This document shows, piece after piece, positions 1 through 8,579 of a DNA stretch of 47,249 nucleotides. The position numbers and the translations under genes are program-made. The notes beneath the pieces were generated by a model. The model worked only from the letters and a program-made list of their open reading frames with translations. It was not told the origin of the DNA and did no database searches. The DNA is from an uncultured bacterium. Its GTDB lineage: Bacteria; Abyssobacteria; SURF-5. The stretch's first letter is position 1. The number at the start of each line of letters is the position of its first letter. Where the stretch lies: contig CAYZZY010000001.1 in assembly GCA_964482745.1 (NCBI GenBank), positions 1-47,249 on the forward strand. Direction: 5' to 3'.

Positions 1-49
1 TGGCCCCGGGGCAAAGGGGGAAAAGGAGAAAAAACGCTACATAAAAACA

Positions 50-81
50 TGGATTTCCGCTTAAGGCCTGCGGGAATGACA
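50..81 (+). repeat. 32-nt REP-like palindromic element, copy 1 (TGGATTTCCGCTTAAGGCCTGCGGGAATGACA)
   Basis: 30/32 identical to 1097-1128 in the same orientation. Forms an 8-bp stem ATTTCCGC/GCGGGAAT (one G-U) around a 9-nt loop. Intergenic. Confidence 0.7.
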
Positions 82-83
82 AA

Positions 84-112
84 TAGGGGCGCATCGCCAT
101 GCGCCCCTACAG
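84..112 (+). repeat. 29-nt GC-hairpin repeat, copy A (TAGGGGCGCATCGCCATGCGCCCCTACAG)
   Basis: Stem GGGGCGCAT/ATGCGCCCC. Same length and same TAG...CCCCTACAG frame as 21481-21509. Followed by CTGCG-rich tail to about 140. Confidence 0.65.
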
Positions 113-405
113 AATCTGCGTGAACCTGCGTAATCTGCGGATAACGGGTCTTTGTTGGTTTCTTTTGTGGTACTATGAGAATCATTATTGAGCCGTCGGT
201 GGCATAGCGCGGCAAAGCCGCAACCAAACGTTAGCTCCGGGTACAGTCCGTATTCTACGAATCCAAAAAGCGGGATTCCGTAAATAGGGACAGTCCCCGT
301 CGCCTCACGAACCTGCGACTATTGGACTTGCAGAAGACACAATATGAAAATCACGATAAAGATTCACGGAATTAACCGTCAGCAGTATAGAGGAAACAGA
401 AGACA

Positions 406-978
406 ATGCTTCTAGGAATGCTCTTTACGGTCGCGATTATTTGCATACTGGTTGTGGGGCCGTCGTTTGACAACGTCATGGTTGCGATTGCGGTCTACGG
501 AGGGATCATCCTGGGAATGATCGTGCTGTGGTGGTACTCAAGCAAATGGACCGGCGGCATCACCGATTTTCTCCTGGGCGCATCGGGCGGAAAAGCGAAG
601 GAGACGTACGATCTGGCCGAGAAATATGAAATCGAGCACAACTACGAGGCCGCTATGGATGTGTATCGCAAGGCGATCGAGAAAGACAAGAAAAATCCGG
701 AGCCCCGCAGAAGGCTGGCCGATCTTTACCACGAATCGGGTGATTTCGATAAATGCGTCAAATACATGGAGGAGTCGCTCGCCCTCTCCAGTGACATGTC
801 CGCCGCAGAGCGTGTCGCCGTCATGAATCGCATCGCCGACCTGCATCTCCATAATAGAAACGATCCCGCCGCCGCGCTGTCGGTTCTCAGGCGGATTATC
901 AAGGATTTTCCCGACACGAGCTTCGCCCTCTATGCCCGGGAACGCGGGGCAAATATAAAAAGAGACCGCCAAGGCTGA
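406..978 (+). CDS. membrane-anchored TPR-repeat protein (hypothetical)
   Basis: 190 aa. Two N-terminal hydrophobic helices (LFTVAIICILVVG, AIAVYGGIILGMIVLWWY), then TPR-like helices (YEAAMDVYRKAIEKD, LADLYHESGDFDKCVKYMEESL). GAGGAAA about 11 nt upstream of the ATG. Confidence 0.6.
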   Translation: MLLGMLFTVAIICILVVGPSFDNVMVAIAVYGGIILGMIVLWWYSSKWTGGITDFLLGASGGKAKETYDLAEKYEIEHNYEAAMDVYRKAIEKDKKNPEPRRRLADLYHESGDFDKCVKYMEESLALSSDMSAAERVAVMNRIADLHLHNRNDPAAALSVLRRIIKDFPDTSFALYARERGANIKRDRQG

Positions 979-1096
979 TTTGAGATCTGCCGTAGCGCAA
1001 TGCAATTTAGTTGGGGACACGATGAAGCATCATGCCCCCCATTAAAATATACATAACGCCATAGAAATCTGTGCAGGTCGCTCACCCCGATCATTG

Positions 1097-1128
1097 TGGA
1101 TTCCCGCTTAGGGCCTGCGGGAATGACA
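1097..1128 (+). repeat. 32-nt REP-like palindromic element, copy 2 (TGGATTCCCGCTTAGGGCCTGCGGGAATGACA)
   Basis: Perfect 8-bp stem ATTCCCGC/GCGGGAAT. 30/32 identical to 50-81. Intergenic. Confidence 0.7.
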
Positions 1129-1370
1129 GAGAAGAGGAGTGGGTCCCCGCTCTTTCGACGGGCTTTTCAACAAGCTCAAGAGAAGCGCAGAATTAGGTTG
1201 AATTCCGTGGACACGGAACCGAGAAATCCATGTCCCCGGAATTCTGGCGGAAGGAAAGGTGGTGATGACCCTCTGGCATGCGCAAGAACTTTTGATGCCA
1301 TATATACATCCGGCATTTCGGCTGCGCGCGAATTCAGCCTCCTTTACGGTTCTTCGGCTCATCCCAGGCT

Positions 1371-1399
1371 TTGACATGCCCCCAGCATTCTGATAAAAT
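1371..1399 (+). promoter_or_regulatory. sigma70-type promoter upstream of the bamD-like gene
   Basis: TTGACA (1371-1376), 17-nt spacer, TAAAAT (1394-1399). About 45 nt before the ATG at 1444. Confidence 0.55.
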
Positions 1400-1443
1400 A
1401 TGGCCTCAAGTGGTTTTGTGAATGAAGCAAGGGAGTACGAACG

Positions 1444-2403
1444 ATGTTCAGGATATACGGAAGGCTGTCCATTTTCGCAGGCGCCATATTGCTGCTTGCG
1501 CTCACGTGCACCAGTTCGTACGCAGCGTGGACATGGACGCCGGAGGCCGGCCGCTGGTTCAACCCGAAGCGCCAGCCGAAGGAGACCGGCGCCCTGCAGT
1601 TTCAATATGGCGAGGATCTTCTGGCGGACGGCGAAGCGGCGAAGGCGCTGGCCGAGTATAAGAAGGTTCTCCGGTATTTTCCCGAAAGCAACTACTGCGA
1701 TCTCGCACAATATTCCATCGGCAGGGCCCTGGAGGCGCAGGGCGATCACGAAGAGGCCGTCAAAGCGTATCAGAAGGTCATTGACGACTATCCCAATACC
1801 AAGCTGTTCAGCCATGTTTTGGAGAAACAGCGCAAGATTGCCGATCGTTTCTTCGAGCTTGGCGTTGAGCGCGAGGAGCGCTTTGTACTTATTCGCGGCA
1901 GCAATTTCGACAAGGCGATCGAGACATATCGCACCGTCATAAACAACAGGCCGTTCAGCGACTTCTCGGCCGAGGCGCAGTACCGGATCGGCCTTTGCTA
2001 CATGAAGCTCAAGCTTTACCAGGAAGCAAGCGCCGAATTTCAGAAGGTCATCGACTACTACCCGACCTCCGAGTGGGCGACCGAGGCCGCATTCGGAAGC
2101 GCCGACTGCAAGTTCTGCGAGGCGCTCCCGCATGAATATGACAAAACCGCCGCCGATGACTCGATCTCGAAGTTCGGCTATTTCCTGAGAAGATATCCCG
2201 GCAGTTCCCGCGACGATGAGGCACGCGAGAAGTTGGACGAACTGAAGGAATTGGCCGCGGAACATGAATACGAGATAGGAATGTATTATCATTTCAATAT
2301 GAAATACGATTCCGCTCGCCTGTATTTCGATTCCATCGTACGCGAATACCCGGAGACACAATGGGCAAAAAAAGCCCGCGAGACGCTCAGCGAAATGCCG
2401 TGA
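1444..2403 (+). CDS. bamD: BamD/YfiO-like TPR outer-membrane lipoprotein
   Basis: 319 aa. Signal peptide ends in the lipobox-like LALTC. Repeated BamD-style helices end in Y/F-P-x-S/T (VLRYFPESNY, VIDDYPNT, VIDYYPTSEW, IVREYPETQW). Directly upstream of lptE-holA. Confidence 0.6.
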   Translation: MFRIYGRLSIFAGAILLLALTCTSSYAAWTWTPEAGRWFNPKRQPKETGALQFQYGEDLLADGEAAKALAEYKKVLRYFPESNYCDLAQYSIGRALEAQGDHEEAVKAYQKVIDDYPNTKLFSHVLEKQRKIADRFFELGVEREERFVLIRGSNFDKAIETYRTVINNRPFSDFSAEAQYRIGLCYMKLKLYQEASAEFQKVIDYYPTSEWATEAAFGSADCKFCEALPHEYDKTAADDSISKFGYFLRRYPGSSRDDEAREKLDELKELAAEHEYEIGMYYHFNMKYDSARLYFDSIVREYPETQWAKKARETLSEMP

Positions 2404-2903
2404 GACCGATCCTGAAGCGGTGGGTCATCCTGTGCATATGCATGGCCCTGTTCGGATGCGGCTATACCGTCGCGAATTCCCGCCTCTCAGATGACTACCG
2501 GACGATTGCGGTTCCCGCCTTCAAGAATGAGAGTTTTGAGCCCGATATCCAGACGCGCGTCTCCAACCTTTTGATCCGCGAACTCCAGGCCGACGGACGT
2601 CTGCGTGTCGTTGACAATCCGGCTTTGGCCGACCTGGTGCTCAGGGGAACGATAGCTGACTTTGACGCTCATGCGATAAGCTTCAGCACGGACGACAATA
2701 TCGGTCAATTCAAGATAACCCTTATAGCGAATGCGTCCCTTGAAGATACACGGGACGGCCGGATGATCTGGCAGCAAGATAATATCAGGGGAGCCGATTT
2801 CTACCAGACTACGGGCGGACGTACGCGAGAGGAGGCGCTTGAGGAGGCAACCGAGGACCTCGTCGAGACGATTATCTTCCAATGTTTCGACAGCTACTGG
2901 TGA
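2400..2903 (+). CDS. lptE: LptE-like LPS-assembly lipoprotein
   Basis: GTG at 2400 overlaps the bamD stop (GTGA) and gives the lipoprotein signal peptide VRPILKRWVILCICMALFGC. The ORF track starts at ATG 2361, an alternative. Body resembles LptE (IAVPAFKNES, LVLRGTI). lptE-holA synteny as in E. coli. Confidence 0.6.
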   Translation: MRPILKRWVILCICMALFGCGYTVANSRLSDDYRTIAVPAFKNESFEPDIQTRVSNLLIRELQADGRLRVVDNPALADLVLRGTIADFDAHAISFSTDDNIGQFKITLIANASLEDTRDGRMIWQQDNIRGADFYQTTGGRTREEALEEATEDLVETIIFQCFDSYW

Positions 2904-2960
2904 GCAATCCGCATGCGCCGCCGGCTCTGATTTTCCACCCATGCTTCCACCGGGTTCTGA

Positions 2961-3968
2961 ATGACGACTTACGCCGAAATTACAAAGAGTCTGCGGAGTG
3001 ATAATGTTTCCCGCCTTTACCTGCTTCTCGGCCCGGAGGAATTACTCGCGCGCCGGCTGGCAGCACAAATAATCGAAGTGGCCCTGGGAGACGGCATAAA
3101 AGATTTCAATTTCGTGGAGATCGATGCTCCCACCGCCGACCCGCCAGTGCTGTTCCAGGAATTGAACGCATATCCACTCGGCGCGCCCCGTCGGGTGGTG
3201 CTGATACGCGAGGCGGGATCATTGCCGGCGGCCAGCCAGGAGGCCCTCCAGGAGTCGGTCGCCGACCTTGCAGATTTTCTCACCCTCATCCTTTGCGCCG
3301 ACCGGATGGACCGCCGAAAAACCATCTACAAAGCGATTGCACAGGCGGGAGTTGTCGTTGAGCTTGGGCCATTAAAGCCGCCCGAGGTGAAGGCCTGGAT
3401 TCGGCAGGAACTGCGAGAACGAAAAAAAAAGATCTCCCCGAGTCTCGTCGAACACATCTTTGAACTCACGGGCAGCAATCTTTCCGATGTCTCCAACGAG
3501 GTGACCAATCTTATTGCCTATATGGGTGACAGGGACACGGTGGAGAAGGCGGACGTTGACGCCCTTGTCTCCTCCCGCTCCAGAGAGCCGATCTATAAAT
3601 TGACCGATCACATCGCCAACAGGGATTTTTTGAGTGCGTGGACGGTGCTTCGACAGCTCATGGATGAGGGAGAGCACCAACTCAGAATTCTGTGGCATCT
3701 CGACCACATGGTCAAGAGGCTGCTGCGCGCCAAGTGTCTGTTGGAGGAAGGCGTTCGGGACGACGTGATACTGAGAAACTTGCAGGTCAAGCCGTTTCTC
3801 AAGCGCCGTTTTTTCGAGCAAGTGCACTCGTTCTCGCTCGCCGAACTGAGACACATGTATCGCACATTGGTGGAGTGGGACAACAAATTCAAATCAACGT
3901 CCCGCTGGCACCCCGATATCGACCTGGAGCTGTTGGTGAGAGAGTTGTGCGCTACCCAAGAGCGTTGA
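2961..3968 (+). CDS. holA: DNA polymerase III delta subunit
   Basis: 335 aa. LYLLLGPEELL N-terminus and delta-subunit length and layout. Follows lptE. Confidence 0.8.
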   Translation: MTTYAEITKSLRSDNVSRLYLLLGPEELLARRLAAQIIEVALGDGIKDFNFVEIDAPTADPPVLFQELNAYPLGAPRRVVLIREAGSLPAASQEALQESVADLADFLTLILCADRMDRRKTIYKAIAQAGVVVELGPLKPPEVKAWIRQELRERKKKISPSLVEHIFELTGSNLSDVSNEVTNLIAYMGDRDTVEKADVDALVSSRSREPIYKLTDHIANRDFLSAWTVLRQLMDEGEHQLRILWHLDHMVKRLLRAKCLLEEGVRDDVILRNLQVKPFLKRRFFEQVHSFSLAELRHMYRTLVEWDNKFKSTSRWHPDIDLELLVRELCATQER

Positions 3969-4215
3969 CGCGTCGCATGAGAGATGACTTTTTTCTCGAT
4001 GCGGCGTTCTTGCTGAGAGCCTTCTTGGTAGCAGCCTTATCGATGACTTTGGTGATGTAGGGAACCATGTCGCGGACGGCTGCGGCGTCGCCTTTTTCGA
4101 TAATGGCTTCAAATTTTTTGATTTCAGTCCTATATCTTGAAACATACGCGCGATTGCGCATGCGACGCTTCTCGTTCTGGCGGATGCGTTTGATGACCGA
4201 CTTGCTTTTTTCCAC
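3952..4215 (-). CDS. rpsT: 30S ribosomal protein S20
   Basis: GTG at 4215 with GGAGGTG at 4227-4233. KSVIKRIRQNEKRRMRNRAYVSRYRTEIKK is a canonical S20 N-terminus. The ORF-track start at 4281 is probably too long. Confidence 0.9.
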   Translation of the reverse strand: MEKSKSVIKRIRQNEKRRMRNRAYVSRYRTEIKKFEAIIEKGDAAAVRDMVPYITKVIDKAATKKALSKNAASRKKSSLMRRVNALG

Positions 4216-4259
4216 GTGTTCTTGTTCACCTCCTGACAACACTATGTCTAAGTTGAGAC

Positions 4260-4288
4260 ATGTTAGCAAATTCGGAGGCAAAAGTCAA
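4260..4288 (-). promoter_or_regulatory. sigma70-type promoter of rpsT
   Basis: On the minus strand: TTGACT (4288-4283), 17-nt spacer, TAACAT (4265-4260). Confidence 0.55.
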
Positions 4289-4341
4289 CATTTCCCGGGT
4301 GGATCTTTGTCCCGATTGTAAAGCCCGAGCACGATTTCGCC

Positions 4342-5931
4342 ATGTCAAAAGGTCCGGCCGCTCGACATAGTATCGCCCGTTCCGCTGCGCTGATCAGTTC
4401 AGGCACCATGCTGAGCCGCGTGCTCGGACTCGTACGCGACATGGTCATCGCCCATCTTTTTCCCCGATTCGTGAGCGACGCCTTCTTTGTCGCGTTTCGT
4501 CTTCCCAACATGCTCAGGGAGATGGTGGCGGAGGGGGCCATGAACGCCGGTTTCATACCGGTGTTCTCCGATTATCTCACTTCCCGCTCCCGCAAGGAAG
4601 CCGGGGAACTCGCGGCCGTCGCCCTCGGCGCCGCAGCGGCCGTGCTGATGCTGATTTCGGCCGCCGGAGTTGTGTTCGCGCCCGTCATAGTAAGGTTCAT
4701 CACCCTTGAATTCGGGCCGCCCAACGAGAAGCTGCTCCTGGCCATCCGGCTCGCAAGGGTGATGTTTCCCTACATTCTTCTCATCGGGATTGCCTCCCTG
4801 TTTATGGCCATCCTCAATTCGCTGCGGAACTTCTTTTCGTCCTCTTACGCGCCAATGCTGCTGAACCTCTCGATGATCGTGTGCGCGTACTTGTTCAGGA
4901 ATAGTTTCGAGGAACCGATATCCGCCCTGGCGCTCGGCGTGATGGTCGGGGGCGTGCTGCAGGTTGCGCTCCAGATTCCATTTCTGTGGCGGTGCGGCAT
5001 GCCTCTCCGGATTGGCTGGAATCTGAAGCATCCGGGACTCCGCCTGATAGTGCTGTTGCTCGTGCCGACGCTCTTCGGGCAGGCTGTCCGAGAGGTCAAT
5101 GTGATTGTCGATACCATGCTTGCCTGGTACCTGGGTGAAGGGATGGTATCCTCGCTGTACTATGCTTACAGGCTTGTGCATTTGCCCCTGGCCGTGTTCG
5201 GCCTGGCAATTGCCACCGCCATCCTGCCGGTGATGTCGAGCGCCGCAAGCGCCGGAGAGATGAGCAAGCTCAAGGAGACATTGTCGATCGGGTTTCGGTC
5301 CGTGTTGTTTATCATGTTTCCCGCCGCGGCCGGCCTTATCGTGTTGCGGGTGCCTATTGTCAGGCTTCTGTTCGAGCATGGAAGCTTTGACTCGGTTGCC
5401 ACGGGCAATACGGCGTTCGCGCTCATGTTCTATTCGGCCGGTCTTTTTGCTTTTGCGGGATCGAGGGTGCTTGCCTTTGCCTTCTATTCGACGAAAAATA
5501 CCAAGATTCCCGTGATTTCCGCCGCCTGTGCCATGGTCGCAAACGTCGGCCTCAACCTGCTGCTGATGGGCCCGCTGAAACAGGGAGGTCTCGCTCTGGC
5601 GTCGTCCATCTCCTCCGCCATCAATATGATCATCCTGTGGGTGTTCCTCGAGAAACGAATAGGAGGGCTTGGCCTCGGCTCAATTCTGATGTCCGGAGTA
5701 AAGGTGTGCGTTTTATCTGTCGCAATGGGCGGAGGGGTGTACTTTGTGGCGATGCTTTGCGCCGGTGTCGTTGGCGCGGATACGACAGGCGGCAGATTGC
5801 TGCAGGTGTTTGTTCCGATAGCGGCCGGACTTGTTTTTTATATCGGGACAGCCGTCGCGCTACGATTCGAAGAGGTCGCCCAGATAAAGCAAATGTGGGG
5901 CAGACGAGGCAGCAAAACACCAGCGGCCTAA
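4342..5931 (+). CDS. murJ: lipid II flippase MurJ/MviN
   Basis: 529-aa polytopic protein. SAALISSGTMLSRVLGLVRDMVIAHLF...DAFFVAFRLPNMLREMVAEGAMNAGFIPVF is the MurJ signature. Confidence 0.9.
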   Translation: MSKGPAARHSIARSAALISSGTMLSRVLGLVRDMVIAHLFPRFVSDAFFVAFRLPNMLREMVAEGAMNAGFIPVFSDYLTSRSRKEAGELAAVALGAAAAVLMLISAAGVVFAPVIVRFITLEFGPPNEKLLLAIRLARVMFPYILLIGIASLFMAILNSLRNFFSSSYAPMLLNLSMIVCAYLFRNSFEEPISALALGVMVGGVLQVALQIPFLWRCGMPLRIGWNLKHPGLRLIVLLLVPTLFGQAVREVNVIVDTMLAWYLGEGMVSSLYYAYRLVHLPLAVFGLAIATAILPVMSSAASAGEMSKLKETLSIGFRSVLFIMFPAAAGLIVLRVPIVRLLFEHGSFDSVATGNTAFALMFYSAGLFAFAGSRVLAFAFYSTKNTKIPVISAACAMVANVGLNLLLMGPLKQGGLALASSISSAINMIILWVFLEKRIGGLGLGSILMSGVKVCVLSVAMGGGVYFVAMLCAGVVGADTTGGRLLQVFVPIAAGLVFYIGTAVALRFEEVAQIKQMWGRRGSKTPAA

Positions 5932-6716
5932 ATCTTCGGCCTCTTCTCTATGAACGCGTACGCGTTGTGATTGTGAATGCTTTCGAAGTTCTCCGATGCG
6001 ACGGTATACCATGTGATATTCGAATCGCCCTCCAGGTTCTGCGCAATTTCGCGGACGACGTCCTCGACGAACATGGGGCGGGCATAGGCCTTCTCCGTGA
6101 CGAATTTCTCATCCTCCCTTTTCAGCAGTGAATAAAGCTCGCAACTCGCGGAGCTTTCGATCAGGGCAGCGATGTCCTCTATCCAGACGAATTCATTGAA
6201 CTTCAACTGCACGGTCACGAGGCTGCGCTGGTTGTGGGCGCTCCGCTCGCTTATCTCTTTTGAGCACGGGCAAAGACTGGTTACCGGTACGTTGACCTCC
6301 AGGATGAAGTCAAGGGTATCCTTGTGTGATGCGATAAATTTGCACCAGTATTCGGTCAGGCTTTTCGATCGGGACACCGGGGCGGTCTTCTCGACGAAGT
6401 AGGGAAAGGTCATCTCGATGTGTGCGCTGTCAGCGTCGAGCGCCTCCTCGACCTCGCACAATATCTCTTCCATGTTGTGCATCGACATCCGGCCGCGATG
6501 TTTGTTCAAAATCTCGATGAAACGGCTCATGTGTGTGCCGCGGGACTGATGCGGCAGGTTGACATACATGTTGATGTCTGCAACCGTATGCTGTTCTTTT
6601 CTTGCCTTGTCCCGCACGACTATCGGGTATTTGACGTCCTTTACCCCCACCTTGTCCACGTCCACATTATGGTTGGCGGGTTCGCTTTGGACGTCCTTCA
6701 TGTTCTCTCTTGACAA
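5928..6716 (-). CDS. folE2: GTP cyclohydrolase IB (FolE2 family)
   Basis: 262 aa. Motifs GTHMSRFIEIL and SLCPCSKEIS..SAHNQRS. Last gene of the que operon. Confidence 0.85.
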   Translation of the reverse strand: MSRENMKDVQSEPANHNVDVDKVGVKDVKYPIVVRDKARKEQHTVADINMYVNLPHQSRGTHMSRFIEILNKHRGRMSMHNMEEILCEVEEALDADSAHIEMTFPYFVEKTAPVSRSKSLTEYWCKFIASHKDTLDFILEVNVPVTSLCPCSKEISERSAHNQRSLVTVQLKFNEFVWIEDIAALIESSASCELYSLLKREDEKFVTEKAYARPMFVEDVVREIAQNLEGDSNITWYTVASENFESIHNHNAYAFIEKRPKI

Positions 6717-6722
6717 TTCGAT

Positions 6723-7418
6723 TTATCCCTTCTTATCTGCAAGCCGGTCCGACCCCTCAATTGGATCGACGATGCCGGCCTCTTTGAAACCTTTCGCCCT
6801 TAGCGCACAGCTATCGCAGTCACCACAGGGCACATCATTGTTCTTATAGCATGACCATGTCAGATGGAGCGGGGCGCCGAGCTCGACACCCTGCCCGATA
6901 ATCTCTGACTTCTTCATCTTTATGAGTGGGGCGACAATCTCGATGCGGGTTTCCGGTTTTGTTCCTACCCGAATCAGCCGGTTGAACACCTCGTAATAGA
7001 CCTCCCGGCAGTCGGGGTAGCCCGAGCTGTCCGGCTCGACCGCCCCGATGAAGATTTTCTCAGCGCCAATCACTTCCGCCCACGAAACCGCGATGGCAAG
7101 AAAATGCGTGTTTCGGAAGGGAACGTAACTGGTCGGGATGCCGTTTCTTTCAAGATCGGCCCGCTCAACCTCTATGTTTGCATCGGTCAGACTGGATCCT
7201 CCGATTGCCCCGAGGTAGCTGATGTCGGCCACCATGGTTCGTTCTACGCCATAATGCCTGGCTATTTCATTGAAAGCGCGCAGTTCTCGCTTTTCTGTTC
7301 GCTGGCCGTAGCTGATATGGAGCAGGGCGAGTTCGTGATCCCGCGCCGCAAGCGCCGCCGAGACACAGCTATCCATCCCTCCGCTTACAAGCGCTATCGC
7401 CAGCCTGTGTTCAGGCAT
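6723..7418 (-). CDS. queC: 7-cyano-7-deazaguanine (preQ0) synthase
   Basis: 231 aa. SGGMDS PP-loop and C-terminal Zn cluster CGDCDSCALR. Confidence 0.92.
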   Translation of the reverse strand: MPEHRLAIALVSGGMDSCVSAALAARDHELALLHISYGQRTEKRELRAFNEIARHYGVERTMVADISYLGAIGGSSLTDANIEVERADLERNGIPTSYVPFRNTHFLAIAVSWAEVIGAEKIFIGAVEPDSSGYPDCREVYYEVFNRLIRVGTKPETRIEIVAPLIKMKKSEIIGQGVELGAPLHLTWSCYKNNDVPCGDCDSCALRAKGFKEAGIVDPIEGSDRLADKKG

Positions 7419-8069
7419 CTACACACCCTTTTCCACATGCGGCCAAATATATTTATGAAGCTGCAGTTGCAGTCGCACATTGAGCCCGTCTCCGGGCATT
7501 CTCGATTCAAGCATCCACGACGCCAGTCGGTCAGGTTTCAACATCCCGAAGGCGGGTGACAGGTGCACGACATGGTTGTCGTTCAGCCGATACCGGTCGA
7601 TTACATTGAGCGACCAGTCATAGTCGGCCCGGTCCGTGAGCACGAATTTTATTTCGTCCCGGGGTCTGAGCAGGTCGATATTGTCCCACAGGACGTGTTC
7701 AGACATGCCGCTGCCCGGGCACTTTATATCCATGATCGCAGTCGCCCGCTCATCTATACCGCGAAGCGAGACGCTTCCGTTTGTTTCAACCAACACCTTG
7801 TCGCCGGCATCGGCGAAAGCGGTAATCAGAGCAGGTGTGTCCGCCTGCAGAAGGGGCTCACCGCCGGTGATTTCGACCAGCTTTGCCGGGAATCGGGCGG
7901 CAGAACTTATTATCTGCGCTATCGTTTGCTCTGTGCCTTCATCATAGGCATATTTTGTGTCGCAATAGCCACAGCGCAAATTGCAGCCGCTCAGCCGCAC
8001 GAATGCACAGAAAAGCCCTGCGCATGTGGATTCGCCCTGGATGCTGAAAAAGATCTCGTTAACCTTCAC
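7419..8069 (-). CDS. queE: 7-carboxy-7-deazaguanine synthase (radical SAM)
   Basis: 216 aa. IFFSIQGES and cluster CNLRCGYCDT. Abuts queC with no gap. Confidence 0.9.
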   Translation of the reverse strand: MKVNEIFFSIQGESTCAGLFCAFVRLSGCNLRCGYCDTKYAYDEGTEQTIAQIISSAARFPAKLVEITGGEPLLQADTPALITAFADAGDKVLVETNGSVSLRGIDERATAIMDIKCPGSGMSEHVLWDNIDLLRPRDEIKFVLTDRADYDWSLNVIDRYRLNDNHVVHLSPAFGMLKPDRLASWMLESRMPGDGLNVRLQLQLHKYIWPHVEKGV

Positions 8070-8475
8070 TGCAGCTCTCGAAGTAGGTCGCGCACGATGT
8101 TTCCGCCTCTCGCACGCTGACCCGCGTGACCTTCAGACCGCTCGTGTTTACTCGTTCTCCTACCTGTTCATAGATCCACCGCGCGAGGTTTTCTGAGGTC
8201 GGATTGGTCTGATCGAACGGGGGGATCTCGTTCAGGTTCTGATGATCGAGATGTGAAAGCACATCGGAAGCGGCTTTCTTAACATCGCCAAAATCCACGA
8301 GCATTCCATTGGGGTGGAGTTCACTGCCGCCAACGACAACCTCGACAACCCAGTTGTGTCCATGTAATCTGCTGCACGGACCCTCATAATCCCTCAGACT
8401 GTGGGCCGCCGAAAATGTGCTTTTTACGGTTAACTCATACATTCCCTTAAATCCCTCATGTGACTCATTTTTCAA
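8059..8475 (-). CDS. queD: 6-carboxy-5,6,7,8-tetrahydropterin synthase
   Basis: FSAAHSL and HGHNW PTPS-family motifs. 11-nt overlap with queE. Alternative start at ATG 8442 (MYELTV). Confidence 0.9.
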   Translation of the reverse strand: MKNESHEGFKGMYELTVKSTFSAAHSLRDYEGPCSRLHGHNWVVEVVVGGSELHPNGMLVDFGDVKKAASDVLSHLDHQNLNEIPPFDQTNPTSENLARWIYEQVGERVNTSGLKVTRVSVREAETSCATYFESCSEG

Positions 8476-8579
8476 CCTCTATCTTAACACAAGGTCTGTG
8501 ACCGTTCAACTCATTGTGATGTGCACCTCTTTTGGGTCACAACTGCCTGTACGAAAATTTTTCAGGTTCCCCGATGCTG

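Noticed and set aside
50-1128. Possible CRISPR repeats (two 32-nt near-identical palindromic units)
   Set aside because: There are only two copies, about 1 kb apart, with an ordinary gene and its own RBS between them. There is no regular spacing and no cas genes. They behave like REP elements.
1108-2361. Long antisense ORFs. This one, plus 4399-5379, 17119-18546, 22115-23032, 24910-25686, 27110-28210, 28211-28981, 39049-39840, 39837-40532 and 44813-45769
   Set aside because: Each lies opposite a gene with strong family motifs. Their translations are R/G/P/A/H-rich with no recognisable motif and no Shine-Dalgarno. They are typical shadow ORFs of GC-rich coding DNA.
5928-8475. preQ0 genes as part of a dpd-type 7-deazaguanine DNA-modification/restriction island
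   Set aside because: No DpdA/TGT-like, helicase or nuclease genes are adjacent. The flanks are murJ and a non-coding tract.
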